A DNA stretch of 64,000 nt from Limisphaerales bacterium (GTDB lineage Bacteria; Verrucomicrobiota; Verrucomicrobiia; Limisphaerales; JAJOIW01): the NCBI GenBank assembly GCA_965657355.1, contig CBFHOE010000003.1, positions 405,520 to 469,519 on the forward strand, given 5' to 3'. The notes beneath the pieces are model-generated. The model saw nothing but the letters and a program-made list of their open reading frames with translations. It searched no databases and was not told where the DNA came from. How positions within the stretch are numbered: position 1 is the first letter of the stretch; each line of letters opens with the position of its first letter. This document shows, piece by piece, positions 9,219 to 19,384 of this stretch. Made by a program: the position numbers and the translations under genes.

Positions 9219-11912
9219 TTATTTATGCAAGTGCCAGCCGGCTTTCTGAAGGTATTGGAGAGCTGCTGGTAAAAACGCCAAAGCAGCGACCATACAAGCA
9301 GCCACACCAAACGACATCACCATTCCTAAGCTTGAAATCCCTTGGTGCTTAGCGAGAGTAAGCGAAGCAAAACCGGCGATAGTGGTCAGGCCCGAAACGA
9401 GCACAGCTTTCCCAGTAGAGAGAGAGAGAAATTCTATTTTTCCCTCTTCTGCGTAGCGATTGAGGATGTGAATAGCATTTGTGACACCTATTCCGATAAC
9501 TAAGGGCAGCGTCATAATGTTTGCGGGATTGAATGGGATATCGTTGAAAGACATCCATGCGACTGTCCAAATCGAACCCATGATGACTGGTAGTAGGGCC
9601 AAAAGCACAGCAATAATTGATCTGAAATGAATCAGGGCAAGAATGACTATAGCCCCCATGGCGTATATTCCTGCATTGATATAGCTTTGAACTAACAGGG
9701 AGGTATATTCATAGAGTTGGACAGGAGTTCCGGTGATATTGGGATCAACAGATCGCAGCTGCTTTACGAATTTTTCCTGATTTTCCCTCTCCCAGATGTC
9801 TGAGTTGGGAAAGACTTGAAGTAAATATTTTCCAGTGCGACCAATGAGGCGGGCTTTTAGTGCTGGATTGAGATCAGACGGAAATAAGCCGGATTGATAA
9901 TCCTGGGTTGCTAGATTTCCAAACATTTGCCTGATATCTTCAAACAAGGCGGTCTGAAACTTTTGAAGTTGTTTTATTGAGTTTGCGTTTCTCTGGTCAT
10001 TGATTCTATTTCTAAATTCTTGGACAGTCTGAATAAGAGATAAAATATTTTCCTGAAGTTCGGCGTCTTCAGTTTTCTTGACCTTATCCAGTGCTAAAGT
10101 GAGGTATCCTTTAAAAGCCCAAATTTTCAGCTTGAGCTCCTTTATATCGATCTCCTTGGAGTCGATGGGCAGCCATTGGATTTCCTTCGCTTTTTCAACA
10201 ATCTGTTTTCTTAATTCCAAACCCTCAGTAGGGTCTTTATTGAGAATGTGGGCAAGCATGTCCACAGAGGCGACAGAATCCAGTTTTAAAAATTCTTCTT
10301 TTCGGCTCTGTGCTTCCTCTGCATTCTCAGCAATAGATGCGCAGTAAAGAATAGACTTGGAGGCCGAGCCTATGAGCTTTTTTTCAAGAGATACGGATTG
10401 TACGCCGTCCGTTTGAAGATGGAGTAAGTTATAATCGAACCTGATTTCCTGCGTTTTAAACACGGATATCATTGTTAGCGCAGCACATAGGCACAGTATA
10501 GTTAATGGGTTGCTCAACCAAACTTGCTCTACCTTGGATCTCAATAGCATGCTGCCAGCCATGTTGGTGTCCATTTTTATCTGCTTTCCTTTTAGTAGCA
10601 GAATCGGGAGGACAGTCATCATAGGAATAAGACATAAAAGCATTCCGCCTCCGGTGATGACACCCATTTCCTTAATTCCCTCAAAGTCTGTAAACGCCAT
10701 AGCAAAAAAGGCTCCAGATGTGGTCAGGGCTCCACTAAAAATACCTTTTCCAGTTTCTATCATGCCTGTCCTGATGGCGTTTTCTTTGGTCGCACCATTG
10801 GCAACTTCTTCTTCAAATCGAGAGACCAAATGAATTCCTAAGTCGATAGCAAGGCCTATAAGAATTGGAGCGAAAGTGATTGTCAGAATGTTGAGGTGGC
10901 CTATTGAGATAGTTGTGTAGCCTACGGTATAAACCAATCCTACAATCAGTGCCAAACTCGCCTTGAGCGGCCTTCCCGTCTCGTGGTATCCAAAAATGAA
11001 AACAAGAGCTACGAGAACAAAGGAGATGAGCGACGCTTGTATCATGTCCTTTTGAGCTTGTTGCATTTCATCAAATTCTAATACTGGCTCGCCAGTGACT
11101 CCGGCGTTTACTCCCGATACTTCAATTCTCGTTTTTTCGGCTATCTCTCTTAATTTGGTGATGGACGGTTTGAGTGGTTTGAGATTGACTGGCTGGGTTG
11201 TTAGTAATAGCACACGGCCCTTGTCGTAAGAGAGATATTGGCTTTGGGTGGCTGCTTCTGCATCACCAAACAAGGCCTCAACTCCCGGTGAAGGAGGAGA
11301 TCCAGGCCTGCTCATTGCCTCTATGGAACTTCGAATAATCCTTTCGATCGCAGGAAGGGACTCAACTAAATTCTCCTTTTCACTTTCTGTGGCATTCCCG
11401 GCTTTGGAGAAGGAGTCATTAAGTTTGGAATAAAGAGAGGCTAAATTTGTCGAAGTGGCGAAATTTTGGAGAAACGGTTTGTAGGTGCCCAGGGTTTCAT
11501 CGAGCTTAACCAATGTCTCGTTATCCAAAAAGAAAAGTGCTTTCCTTCCAAGTGAGGTGAGGTTCCCTTTGTAGAATGTCCTATGAAACGTATTGGTCTC
11601 CGCATTAACTCGAGCTGCTAACCTTTCAATATATTCCCTGTTCTTCTCAAAATTTTCACTCTGAACAATAACGACCAGATCTTCGGGTGATTCAAATTCC
11701 TCTAAAAATTTAAGATATATCTGGTGGTATTTTTTATCGTCACCGACCAGGTCATTTCTTGAAGTGTTAAAACCAAGATAAAGAAAAGTAATAACCGGAC
11801 AAAGAAGAAACAGAATTAGCTGAGGCCAGGCTAACCAAGCAGGACGGTTGATTACTAAGTCAGCAATCTTTCCCAATATTTTTTCAGCAAGATGAAATCG
11901 GCCTCGCGCCAT
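9219..11912 (-). CDS. MMPL/RND transporter, HpnN-like
   Basis: Two repeats of large periplasmic loop + TM bundle. Motifs GVTGEPVL, ILIGLAIDLGIHL, ITGTPV, NPANIMTLPLVIGIGV, SGLTTIAGFASL. Confidence 0.85.
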   Translation of the reverse strand: MARGRFHLAEKILGKIADLVINRPAWLAWPQLILFLLCPVITFLYLGFNTSRNDLVGDDKKYHQIYLKFLEEFESPEDLVVIVQSENFEKNREYIERLAARVNAETNTFHRTFYKGNLTSLGRKALFFLDNETLVKLDETLGTYKPFLQNFATSTNLASLYSKLNDSFSKAGNATESEKENLVESLPAIERIIRSSIEAMSRPGSPPSPGVEALFGDAEAATQSQYLSYDKGRVLLLTTQPVNLKPLKPSITKLREIAEKTRIEVSGVNAGVTGEPVLEFDEMQQAQKDMIQASLISFVLVALVFIFGYHETGRPLKASLALIVGLVYTVGYTTISIGHLNILTITFAPILIGLAIDLGIHLVSRFEEEVANGATKENAIRTGMIETGKGIFSGALTTSGAFFAMAFTDFEGIKEMGVITGGGMLLCLIPMMTVLPILLLKGKQIKMDTNMAGSMLLRSKVEQVWLSNPLTILCLCAALTMISVFKTQEIRFDYNLLHLQTDGVQSVSLEKKLIGSASKSILYCASIAENAEEAQSRKEEFLKLDSVASVDMLAHILNKDPTEGLELRKQIVEKAKEIQWLPIDSKEIDIKELKLKIWAFKGYLTLALDKVKKTEDAELQENILSLIQTVQEFRNRINDQRNANSIKQLQKFQTALFEDIRQMFGNLATQDYQSGLFPSDLNPALKARLIGRTGKYLLQVFPNSDIWERENQEKFVKQLRSVDPNITGTPVQLYEYTSLLVQSYINAGIYAMGAIVILALIHFRSIIAVLLALLPVIMGSIWTVAWMSFNDIPFNPANIMTLPLVIGIGVTNAIHILNRYAEEGKIEFLSLSTGKAVLVSGLTTIAGFASLTLAKHQGISSLGMVMSFGVAACMVAALAFLPAALQYLQKAGWHLHK

Positions 11913-11934
11913 ACTTTATTCTTTAAAAATGTGC

Positions 11935-12663
11935 TTAGGGTAATTCTGCATTGGTGTATACCTCTTTGACGTCTTCATTATCGTCAAGAGCATCAATTAG
12001 TTTTTGAACCGTTTCCACCTGGTCTTCTGGAATCTTAGTCGTCATGGAAGGAATAAAGGTAATGTGAGAAAGTTCCATTTTGATATTTTCTTTTTCTAAT
12101 GCTGCGTGGACCTCTTCAAACTTTGCTGGCTCAGTAATGATTTCATGGACTCCTTCATCAGATTTAAAATCTTCAGCTCCTTCATTGAGTGCGATTTCCA
12201 TCAGTTTTTCCTCGTCAATGGTCTCTGCTCCAATCAAAATTTGCCCCTTTCTCTCAAACAGTCTCGACACGGCCCCTGATGTCGCTAGTTGACCACTATT
12301 TCTATTGAGAATGAGCCTTATTTCCGCGGCTGTTCTATTTCGATTATCGGTTTGGACTTCACAATAAATAGCCGCCCCACTAGGGCCATAGACTTCATAA
12401 GAAAGCTCTTCGTACTGAACGTTACCTGATTCCGCAGCGAAAGCTTTTTTCAGAGCCCTTTGAACGATATCGTTGGGCATATTGGCCTGCTTGCCCTTGA
12501 TGAGTACCATCCTTAAGCGGGGGTTTAGATCGGGGTCGTCGCTGTTGCCAATCCTGGCTGCGATTGTAATTTCTTTGGCCAATTTGGAAAAAAGCTGGCC
12601 TCGTTTTGCATCATTCGCTCCTTTAGCTCTTTTTATTTGAGCCCATTTACTATGTCCTGCCAT
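11935..12663 (-). CDS. yebC: YebC/PmpR family protein
   Basis: MAGHSKWAQIKR, NPRLR, YEVYGP, TDNRNRT, DDNEDVKEVYTN. Confidence 0.96.
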   Translation of the reverse strand: MAGHSKWAQIKRAKGANDAKRGQLFSKLAKEITIAARIGNSDDPDLNPRLRMVLIKGKQANMPNDIVQRALKKAFAAESGNVQYEELSYEVYGPSGAAIYCEVQTDNRNRTAAEIRLILNRNSGQLATSGAVSRLFERKGQILIGAETIDEEKLMEIALNEGAEDFKSDEGVHEIITEPAKFEEVHAALEKENIKMELSHITFIPSMTTKIPEDQVETVQKLIDALDDNEDVKEVYTNAELP

Positions 12664-12794
12664 CGTGAAATTATCGAATTTTACATGACGAATCTTTTGT
12701 AGTCATTCGCCTGTTCATAGGTGATGTGTAATCATACTCTTAGTCACAATTTGCTTCAATATCATTAGTCTGAATGCAAAAAACTAAATGTGTT

Positions 12795-13685
12795 TTACTG
12801 TTCTAAACGAGGATAGGAGCAACTCATGTGGTCCCACACGTATGTAATGGCGCGTTCGGCCGCCTGAATCTCGGCTGCCTTTTTTGAGCGTCCTGTTCCT
12901 TTGGAAAGCTCAACCCCTTCATGGACGACGACGCACTCAAAAATTTTGTCATGTTCCTGCCCAAAGGTGTTGGTCATTTCATATTTTGGTGGACTTGAGG
13001 GCTCCAGGCATTGCAGAAATTCCTGTAACTCACCTTTGGGATTTATCTGAACGGGAATTTCACTCGGGCTTTCAAAAACATCAGAGTAGGCGAGTTTGGT
13101 AAATTTTTCAGCCTCATTGAATCCCCCGTCAAGATGGATAGCGCCAACCAAGGACTCGAAAGCATCTGAAATACTCGTGAGTCTGGTCCTACCCCCATTT
13201 GATTCTTCGGAACGACTCATGATGATAAATTCACCAAGTTGGAGCTTGATGGCTCTCTGGTAGATGCCGTCTTTACTGACGAGATGAGCCCTGGATTTGG
13301 TTAATAAGCCTTCATCTGCATTTTTATAATGGGTAAATAAAAAAGTACTCATAACAAGCTGAAGAACGGCATCTCCTAAAAATTCTAGCCTCTGGTTATT
13401 GGGGAAAGGAACACTAAATAGTTTTGTCGCAGACGAATGAGTCATCGCCTCACACAAAATAGCTGGATTTTTAAATGTGTATCCAATCAATTTTTGCAAC
13501 TGAAGCAACGATTGAGGGGGACGATTGACTGATAAGGGAAACTCAACAATAATTTCCCCTGTCATTTCGTCCACAATTTTCTCTAATATCTCAGGCTCAG
13601 GGTCTTCCTCACGCTTTCTATGGCCTTTTCGAAGAGCCTTTTTTATGCCGAGTGATTTTGATTTACTCTGGATGGATACTTTCAA
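12795..13685 (-). CDS. rnc: Ribonuclease III
   Basis: AMTHSS, NQRLEFLGDAVL, DAFESLVGAIHLDGG, dsRBD NPKGELQE...GRSKKAAE. The start is uncertain because of a long N-terminal extension. Confidence 0.95.
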   Translation of the reverse strand: MKVSIQSKSKSLGIKKALRKGHRKREEDPEPEILEKIVDEMTGEIIVEFPLSVNRPPQSLLQLQKLIGYTFKNPAILCEAMTHSSATKLFSVPFPNNQRLEFLGDAVLQLVMSTFLFTHYKNADEGLLTKSRAHLVSKDGIYQRAIKLQLGEFIIMSRSEESNGGRTRLTSISDAFESLVGAIHLDGGFNEAEKFTKLAYSDVFESPSEIPVQINPKGELQEFLQCLEPSSPPKYEMTNTFGQEHDKIFECVVVHEGVELSKGTGRSKKAAEIQAAERAITYVWDHMSCSYPRLEQ

Positions 13686-14301
13686 CTTCTGCAGTTTCCT
13701 CTTGAGAAGGATTTTCTCCCATTGGTCCTTCTGGTTCTTTCATTTCCGAAATGTCCTGGCTTGGGATAGACTCAGATTTCAGATGGTCTAATCCCACAGT
13801 CATGAGACCGGTCACTTGATTGTGAACATCCAACCAATCTTGGTTTGAAAGTTTTACGTCATCGATCGTAAAAACGTCTCCTGATTTATTGTGTTCATAA
13901 ACAAAAATCCTTTTTTCCTTTTTTTGGATTGTATCCCGGATCTTTAAAATTCTTTTTCTTTCCAACATTGCCGCCAAAATGTAGAGGGTTCCAGGAAGGG
14001 CCGTATTCTCTTCTGGCTCCGATACAATTTCCATCAAAACCTTTTCTGTTTGATCCTTCTGAACAGCCTCTTTTGGCTTGGGAGGCGGTTTTTTATACTT
14101 TCCTTGCCAGCTTGAGATCCACTCGTTAGTAGATTGAAATAATGTCTTTTCCACCAGCTTATAGCAGCCAGTGCATAAATCCTTTCTCAAAAGCTCTCCA
14201 TCGGCCTCGTAGAGGAGTGTCCTATAGGACTGTTTATCCTCAAAAGGCTTATCACACTCAGAACACGTCGAGCCATGGTTTTGGATTTTCCACTCATTCA
14301 T
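13663..14301 (-). CDS. Hypothetical protein with N-terminal Zn-finger (CxxC...CxxC)
   Basis: CSEC...CTGC, YILAAMLERKRILK. Overlaps or abuts rnc. Confidence 0.75.
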   Translation of the reverse strand: MNEWKIQNHGSTCSECDKPFEDKQSYRTLLYEADGELLRKDLCTGCYKLVEKTLFQSTNEWISSWQGKYKKPPPKPKEAVQKDQTEKVLMEIVSEPEENTALPGTLYILAAMLERKRILKIRDTIQKKEKRIFVYEHNKSGDVFTIDDVKLSNQDWLDVHNQVTGLMTVGLDHLKSESIPSQDISEMKEPEGPMGENPSQEETAEVESIHPE

Positions 14302-14391
14302 TCACATCACATGCAATTTGGATAGACTGCCTTTACGCATTGATCTAATGCAAAGCCTTTTTTGCATTCTAGGGCTTTTGGCCTCCTTGAT

Positions 14392-14994
14392 TCAAGGCGC
14401 AAATTCCGTGAACCAATCCACGTGAAAAGCATCCATTCCAGCATTTCTAATAGCTGTCATCCCAAGCTCAGAATCCTCAAAACCAGCGCATCCTGATGGC
14501 GTAATCTGAAGCTCTTGAGCAGCTTTTAGGAATATATCTGGTGCTGGTTTTTGATAATCAACGTCCTCACAAGTTACTACTGAATCGAACAAATTAAGAA
14601 TACCCAGGTGATCTAGTACGCGAGAAACAACAATTTTCGTCCCTCCAGAGGCAACAGCCATTGGTTTCTTTCCCGAAAAATGATAAGCAATTTCCACGAC
14701 TGGATCGATTGGAGAAACTTGATTTATTAATCCAAGATATTTGTCTTCTTTTGCATCGCTAACAACAACAGGATCAAAATTCTTAGACTGTGAGGTCTTT
14801 ATATTCTCCAGAATTTCCACTGAAGGAACGCCGCCCAATTCATAAAATCTTTCTTCTGTGAAGGTGAATTCGAATTTTGAGGCCACGAATTTCCAGCTTT
14901 CCCAATGCAAGGGCATCGTATCTGCCAACGTGCCATCACAGTCGAAAATCAAACCTTGATATTTATCAAAATCGTTAACACGTCGACTCACCAT
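14392..14994 (-). CDS. HAD-IA phosphatase (YqaB/beta-phosphoglucomutase-like)
   Basis: IFDCDGTLADTMPLH, AVASGG, KPAPDIFL, FEDS. Confidence 0.92.
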   Translation of the reverse strand: MVSRRVNDFDKYQGLIFDCDGTLADTMPLHWESWKFVASKFEFTFTEERFYELGGVPSVEILENIKTSQSKNFDPVVVSDAKEDKYLGLINQVSPIDPVVEIAYHFSGKKPMAVASGGTKIVVSRVLDHLGILNLFDSVVTCEDVDYQKPAPDIFLKAAQELQITPSGCAGFEDSELGMTAIRNAGMDAFHVDWFTEFAP

Positions 14995-15040
14995 TTTATC
15001 TGTATTCTATGAAAAAAATTCAAGGCAACATGAATCTCGG

Positions 15041-16120
15041 CTAAAGGTTCATTTCTTTTAGTTGAGTTTCCATGTCATCAGCCATCAGTGGGTTTATGAC
15101 AGTGTCGAGTTCTCCTTCAATGAGCTGAGGTAGGTTGTACAAGGTCAATTCGATTCTATGGTCTGTGACCCTATTTTGAGGGAAATTGTATGTCCTGATG
15201 CGTTCGTTGCGTTCTCCGGTCCCGACCTGTGATTTTCGCTGCGCTGCATATTTCGCGTTCTCCTCTGCTATTTTTTGCTCCAAAAGTCTTGAGCGAAGAA
15301 CAGTCATGGCCTTAGCTTTGTTTTTTATCTGAGAGCGTTCATCAGCGCATCTCACAATCATTCCTGTGGGCTTGTGGATTATCTGGACTGCTGAGTCGGT
15401 GGTATTCACGCCTTGTCCACCGGGGCCCGATGCACGACAAACGGATACATCGATATCATCGGGTCTAATTTCCACATCGACTTCTTCAGCTTCAGGCAAA
15501 ACGGCGACAGTGACTGTGCTCGTGTGTATGCGGCCCTGACTTTCGGTGGCAGGAATTCTTTGGACTCTATGAACACCGCTCTCGTATTTTAACCGTTTGA
15601 ATACATCCTCACCTTTAATGCTGAATATCATTTCCTTAAACCCACCCATATCTGATGCGCTCGAGTCCATGATTTCCATTTTCCATCCCATGTTTTCAGC
15701 GTACCGAGTATACATACGGCACAAATCTGCAACAAATAACGCCGATTCGGATCCACCAGCTCCAGCCCGAGCTTCAAATATTGTATTTCTGGAATCGGTC
15801 GGATTTGGTGGGATAATCCCCATCTTTAGTTCGATCTCTATCTTCTCCTTTTCGGCTTTCAGTAATCCAAGCTCCTCCTTAGCCATCTGAGCCATTTCAG
15901 ATTCTGCAGGTTCGTCTTGTACGATGGACTGATTCTCGTTGATGTCATCGGTGATTTTCAGGAACCTGCGACCAGACTCAACCAAGGATTTCAATCTGGA
16001 GTATTCACGGGACAACTCTTGCATTTTTTTTTGATCGCCAATGACTCTGGGATCACTTAATGCGGCCTCTACTTCGGAGTATCTCTTCTCGAATTTTTGA
16101 ATATGCGGTGCCAGATCCAT
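15041..16120 (-). CDS. prfA: Peptide chain release factor 1
   Basis: ESGVHRVQRIPATE (PxT motif), GPGGQGVN, ERIRTYNFPQ. Confidence 0.98.
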   Translation of the reverse strand: MDLAPHIQKFEKRYSEVEAALSDPRVIGDQKKMQELSREYSRLKSLVESGRRFLKITDDINENQSIVQDEPAESEMAQMAKEELGLLKAEKEKIEIELKMGIIPPNPTDSRNTIFEARAGAGGSESALFVADLCRMYTRYAENMGWKMEIMDSSASDMGGFKEMIFSIKGEDVFKRLKYESGVHRVQRIPATESQGRIHTSTVTVAVLPEAEEVDVEIRPDDIDVSVCRASGPGGQGVNTTDSAVQIIHKPTGMIVRCADERSQIKNKAKAMTVLRSRLLEQKIAEENAKYAAQRKSQVGTGERNERIRTYNFPQNRVTDHRIELTLYNLPQLIEGELDTVINPLMADDMETQLKEMNL

Positions 16121-16140
16121 AGTTTTATGAGGACGAGTTC

Positions 16141-16178
16141 AAAAGAAAAAGGCCCGCCTGGTAAAATACCACGCGGGC
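16141..16178 (-). terminator. Intrinsic terminator-like hairpin between L31 gene and prfA
   Basis: On the minus strand, GCCCGC-GTGGTA-TTT-TACCAG-GCGGGC followed by CTTTTTCTTTT. Confidence 0.65.
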
Positions 16179-16201
16179 GATTTGTAGAAATTAGTTCAGA
16201 G

Positions 16202-16504
16202 CTATTTGCGCTTTTTCGAGCCTTTTCTTGCTTGGGCAGCTTCGCGTGCGGCTTTTGTCTTCTCTAGGCGCTGCTTGAACTTGTCGACGCGGCCAGCGGT
16301 GTCCACAAGCACTTGGTTACCCGTATAGAACGGGTGAGATGCACTGGAGATACCAAGAAGAATAAGAGGGTATTCTTTACCATCTTCATCCCAGACAGTC
16401 GTGTCTGTTGAACGAGCACACGATTTGGTTTTAAACGAAAAATCTGATGCGGTGTCTCTAAAGACAACTTCGCGATAATTTTCAGGATGTATATCCTCTC
16501 TCAT
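16202..16504 (-). CDS. rpmE2: 50S ribosomal protein L31 type B (Zn-independent)
   Basis: MREDIHPENYREVVFRD...ISSASHPFYTG...DTAGRVDKF, no CxxC pairs. ATG 16504 preferred. Confidence 0.95.
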   Translation of the reverse strand: MREDIHPENYREVVFRDTASDFSFKTKSCARSTDTTVWDEDGKEYPLILLGISSASHPFYTGNQVLVDTAGRVDKFKQRLEKTKAAREAAQARKGSKKRK

Positions 16505-16515
16505 ACGGACGGGGA

Positions 16516-16543
16516 ATAATAGGGGAATCAATGCCCTATGCAA
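16516..16543 (-). promoter_or_regulatory. Putative sigma70 promoter of L31 gene
   Basis: Minus strand TTGCAT-N16-TATTAT, 11 nt before the ATG. Confidence 0.5.
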
Positions 16544-17020
16544 GAAAAATGTTGGAAAATCGAGGAATTATTCCGATCCATGTTCTAGCACCCTTTCTTC
16601 GGGGCGGAATTGGGCTCAACCAAGACCTCACGTGACCTAATCAGTTATTGTATCGTGAGTAGAGGTTTTTCAGGTGTTTTAAATCATTTAAGCAGAAAAT
16701 CCATTTCATGGCTTTGATCATCCATCATGGACCGTGGGAATCAACTCGCTAGACAGCAGAGAGAGGGCAACGCTTTCTTCCTATCCATGATAGCCGAACC
16801 GCAAGGCAAATTCATCTATCGGTCCATTATCAAATTTAATGGTTATTCTATTTCAATCGAGTATTCCCCAAATAGCTCATTTGACATTTAATTTAACAAA
16901 CCTCCTTCTGTCCTGGTGCGCGTGGTTTTGTTCACCTTTGTCCTGCTTTCAAGTAGACCTAAATCCTACGGTGCCGCGTGGTTTGAAAATTAAAAATCCT
17001 GACTTAAATTTTACACTGTC

Positions 17021-17989
17021 ATGAAGCATTCCCTGTTTTTAATACAAATTGCCAGCATTTCATTTTTTACAGCATACCTAAATCTTGGCAATGCCCCGGC
17101 ATCAGAGGTCATCTCAAGAGAGTCGAAAGACTCCCATGAAAAAGTCGAGGGATCCAAAATTCTTCCCAATCCCAAAAGCTACTTAGTCGGAGGTCAAAAT
17201 GGCAATCTAGCGCTGATTTGGGTAGAACCTGGGACATTCATGATGGGAAGTCCTGAATTCGAATGGCAGCGCGATTCCACCGAAAATCAGCGTCGGGTCA
17301 CGCTGACTAGAGGTTTTTACCTGGGGAAATACGAAGTTACCCAGGCTCAGTATTTCGAAGTCATGGGAGAACTGCCTCGTGATCCGGTCAAGCACCCTGG
17401 AAAAAATATTCCCGTTGGCGCATCCTGGGAAGATGCCATGGCCTTTTGCAAGAAACTCACAGAAATGGAAGCTAGGGCGGGGCGTCTACCTGAGGGCATG
17501 AGCTTTCAACTGCCGACAGAAGCTGAGTGGGAATACAGTTGCAGAGCTGGCACAACCACCGTTTATTGGTGGGGAAACGACCACGATATTACCAAAGCCC
17601 ACTACCAGTTTCCTTTCGTGAAGCCTTGGAAAGGCAGCCCCAAGCCCGTTGGCCAGTTTCCCCCAAACCCATGGGGTTTTCACGACATGCATGGAAATGT
17701 CTATGAATGGTGCGATGACCACACCGTTAGCAGCCGGCCTTATCCTTCAGGTTCAGCTACCGACCCAGTGGCGCGTTATGCAGGGGAAAGTTCGCGAATT
17801 CAACGTGGTGGGTCCTTTTGGAGTGACGCCTCCCAGGTGCGCTCCGCTCACCGGCATTCTCATCCTTTGACGGATAATCCTTATGGCGATAAGGGGTTTC
17901 GGGTAGTTCTTAAATATGGGGCGCCCCCGCCCGAAGCCCTGCCTGATCTGAACGCTGAATTGGAATTTATTATTTCTCCGCCCAATTGA
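17021..17989 (+). CDS. Secreted FGE-sulfatase (SUMF1) domain protein, likely non-catalytic
   Basis: GTFMMGS, YEVTQAQY, LPTEAEWEYSCRAG, PNPWGFHDMHGNVYEWC, RGGSF, GFRVV. Lacks the catalytic Cys pair after RGGS. Confidence 0.9.
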   Translation: MKHSLFLIQIASISFFTAYLNLGNAPASEVISRESKDSHEKVEGSKILPNPKSYLVGGQNGNLALIWVEPGTFMMGSPEFEWQRDSTENQRRVTLTRGFYLGKYEVTQAQYFEVMGELPRDPVKHPGKNIPVGASWEDAMAFCKKLTEMEARAGRLPEGMSFQLPTEAEWEYSCRAGTTTVYWWGNDHDITKAHYQFPFVKPWKGSPKPVGQFPPNPWGFHDMHGNVYEWCDDHTVSSRPYPSGSATDPVARYAGESSRIQRGGSFWSDASQVRSAHRHSHPLTDNPYGDKGFRVVLKYGAPPPEALPDLNAELEFIISPPN

Positions 17990-18478
17990 ATTTCGCTATT
18001 ACTCCTCACTTTTAGTTTTTGATGGCGGCTCACCAACCATTTTTAAAATCAATTCAATTATTTGGCTCGAGGGTGCAAAATCTCGAATTGAAATCTTTTG
18101 AGAGGCTCCAACATGTCTTTTATATTTTGAGTCCTGCGGGATTGTGAGACTTGAAAAATAATCGATCTCAAATCCTAAAAAATTTGCTGAAAGTTCCATT
18201 TTGTAATGCTCATATGGACTAGTAGGTGTATGGTTGCAGTGATAGACCAATAGATTTAAGTTCTCCTTAAGGCAAAAGATCCCATAAAATCACAACAATC
18301 CACCACGATGTCAGACTGATGATTATCAACATGGAGGGCAGGGTTGAAGGTTTTCCTCACTAATTTTGTCACCAATGGAACTCTGAATTTCTTGAAGGTT
18401 TAAAGTCGATTTCATCGAAAAGAGGGTAGGCACAAACCTTAGGTCCTTAATGTATGCATTTCCAAAACTGACTGATCT

Positions 18479-18877
18479 ATGGATAAAAAAAGCCATCAAA
18501 ACGAAGAGGGTTCACACTGGTATTGCTATGTTGTTTTTGATGTCACGGATCCAGAGCAATTTCGTGAATACCTCGGCAAGCAGGTAGGCATTGAGCAAAA
18601 AAACGGGATGAGTAGCTATGAAATTTACGTCGATGATATGACAAATCCGAAGCGTGCCACGTTGATAGAGTGCTTTCCTGATGATTCAACACAGCAAAAG
18701 CATCTTGAAAACCTTAGAACCGAGCTCTTTATGGCAGGCATAGCCAACCCATCCGTTACGGTTTTGGGTGATCCCCCACAGGCGACTAAGGACCGCATGT
18801 TGCAATATGGATTTTGGCCGCCCGCTTTCACTGGGCCCTTTCAGCATATGAAAGCTTTAAAAGGCTTCCGAAGTTAA
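18479..18877 (+). CDS. Hypothetical protein, possible dimeric alpha/beta-barrel (ABM-like)
   Basis: Pattern of beta strand-helix-G..SYEIY..LIE.F.D.....HL is ABM-like. Clean 132-aa ORF. Confidence 0.55.
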   Translation: MDKKSHQNEEGSHWYCYVVFDVTDPEQFREYLGKQVGIEQKNGMSSYEIYVDDMTNPKRATLIECFPDDSTQQKHLENLRTELFMAGIANPSVTVLGDPPQATKDRMLQYGFWPPAFTGPFQHMKALKGFRS

Positions 18878-18961
18878 TTATGATAAGCAGGTTGTCATTC
18901 AAATTATCCACAAATAAGAAACGAAACTCTCAATCAAAATTTTTAACAAACAAATATAATT

Positions 18962-19369
18962 ATGTCAGACAATCCACAATTAAGAGAAGAAACAGGTCAG
19001 ATAACAGGAATTCGTGTTTTGCCCTCCACTGCTGAGGGTGCGCATTACGAAGTGTCACTTTCTACACAAGGGACATTAGAAGGCTCAAAATACAGTGCTC
19101 TCTGGACCTACACTCAAGTGCAACGCAATGATGGCAGTATATATGGCCAGGGCGACGGGGTCCTTACAACCGAGTGTGGAGAGGTTGTCTATCTCAAAGG
19201 GAGCGGTTCCGCCCCGGGTAAGGAACCTGATGGGGGTGTGGTCTTCAAAACTATTAACCATCATCACACAGCCTCTGCAAAATTTAAGCACCTGAATGGA
19301 GTTGCTGGTGTCGGCATTTACAACGTCTCTCCGGAAGGGAAAACGACCGCACAGTTTAGTATTTTATAA
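18962..19369 (+). CDS. Hypothetical all-beta protein
   Basis: 135-aa Gly/Thr-rich ORF (GQITGIRVL, DGSIYGQGDGVLTT, FKHLNGVAGVG), co-oriented with the previous gene. Confidence 0.7.
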   Translation: MSDNPQLREETGQITGIRVLPSTAEGAHYEVSLSTQGTLEGSKYSALWTYTQVQRNDGSIYGQGDGVLTTECGEVVYLKGSGSAPGKEPDGGVVFKTINHHHTASAKFKHLNGVAGVGIYNVSPEGKTTAQFSIL

Positions 19370-19384
19370 TCAATCTCAGAATCA

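Noticed and set aside
15041..16120. Programmed frameshift in the release factor gene
   Set aside because: This is RF1 (PAT motif) with an uninterrupted frame. The frameshift is a feature of prfB.
16700..16830. c-di-GMP-like riboswitch suggested by GGCAA/GGCAAA words
   Set aside because: The required paired stems and tetraloop/receptor arrangement could not be built by eye.
17021..17989. FGE-domain protein as the maturase for the sulfatase at 7440-9125
   Set aside because: It lacks the catalytic Cys pair after RGGS (it reads RGGSFWSDASQVR), so it is probably a non-catalytic FGE-fold protein.
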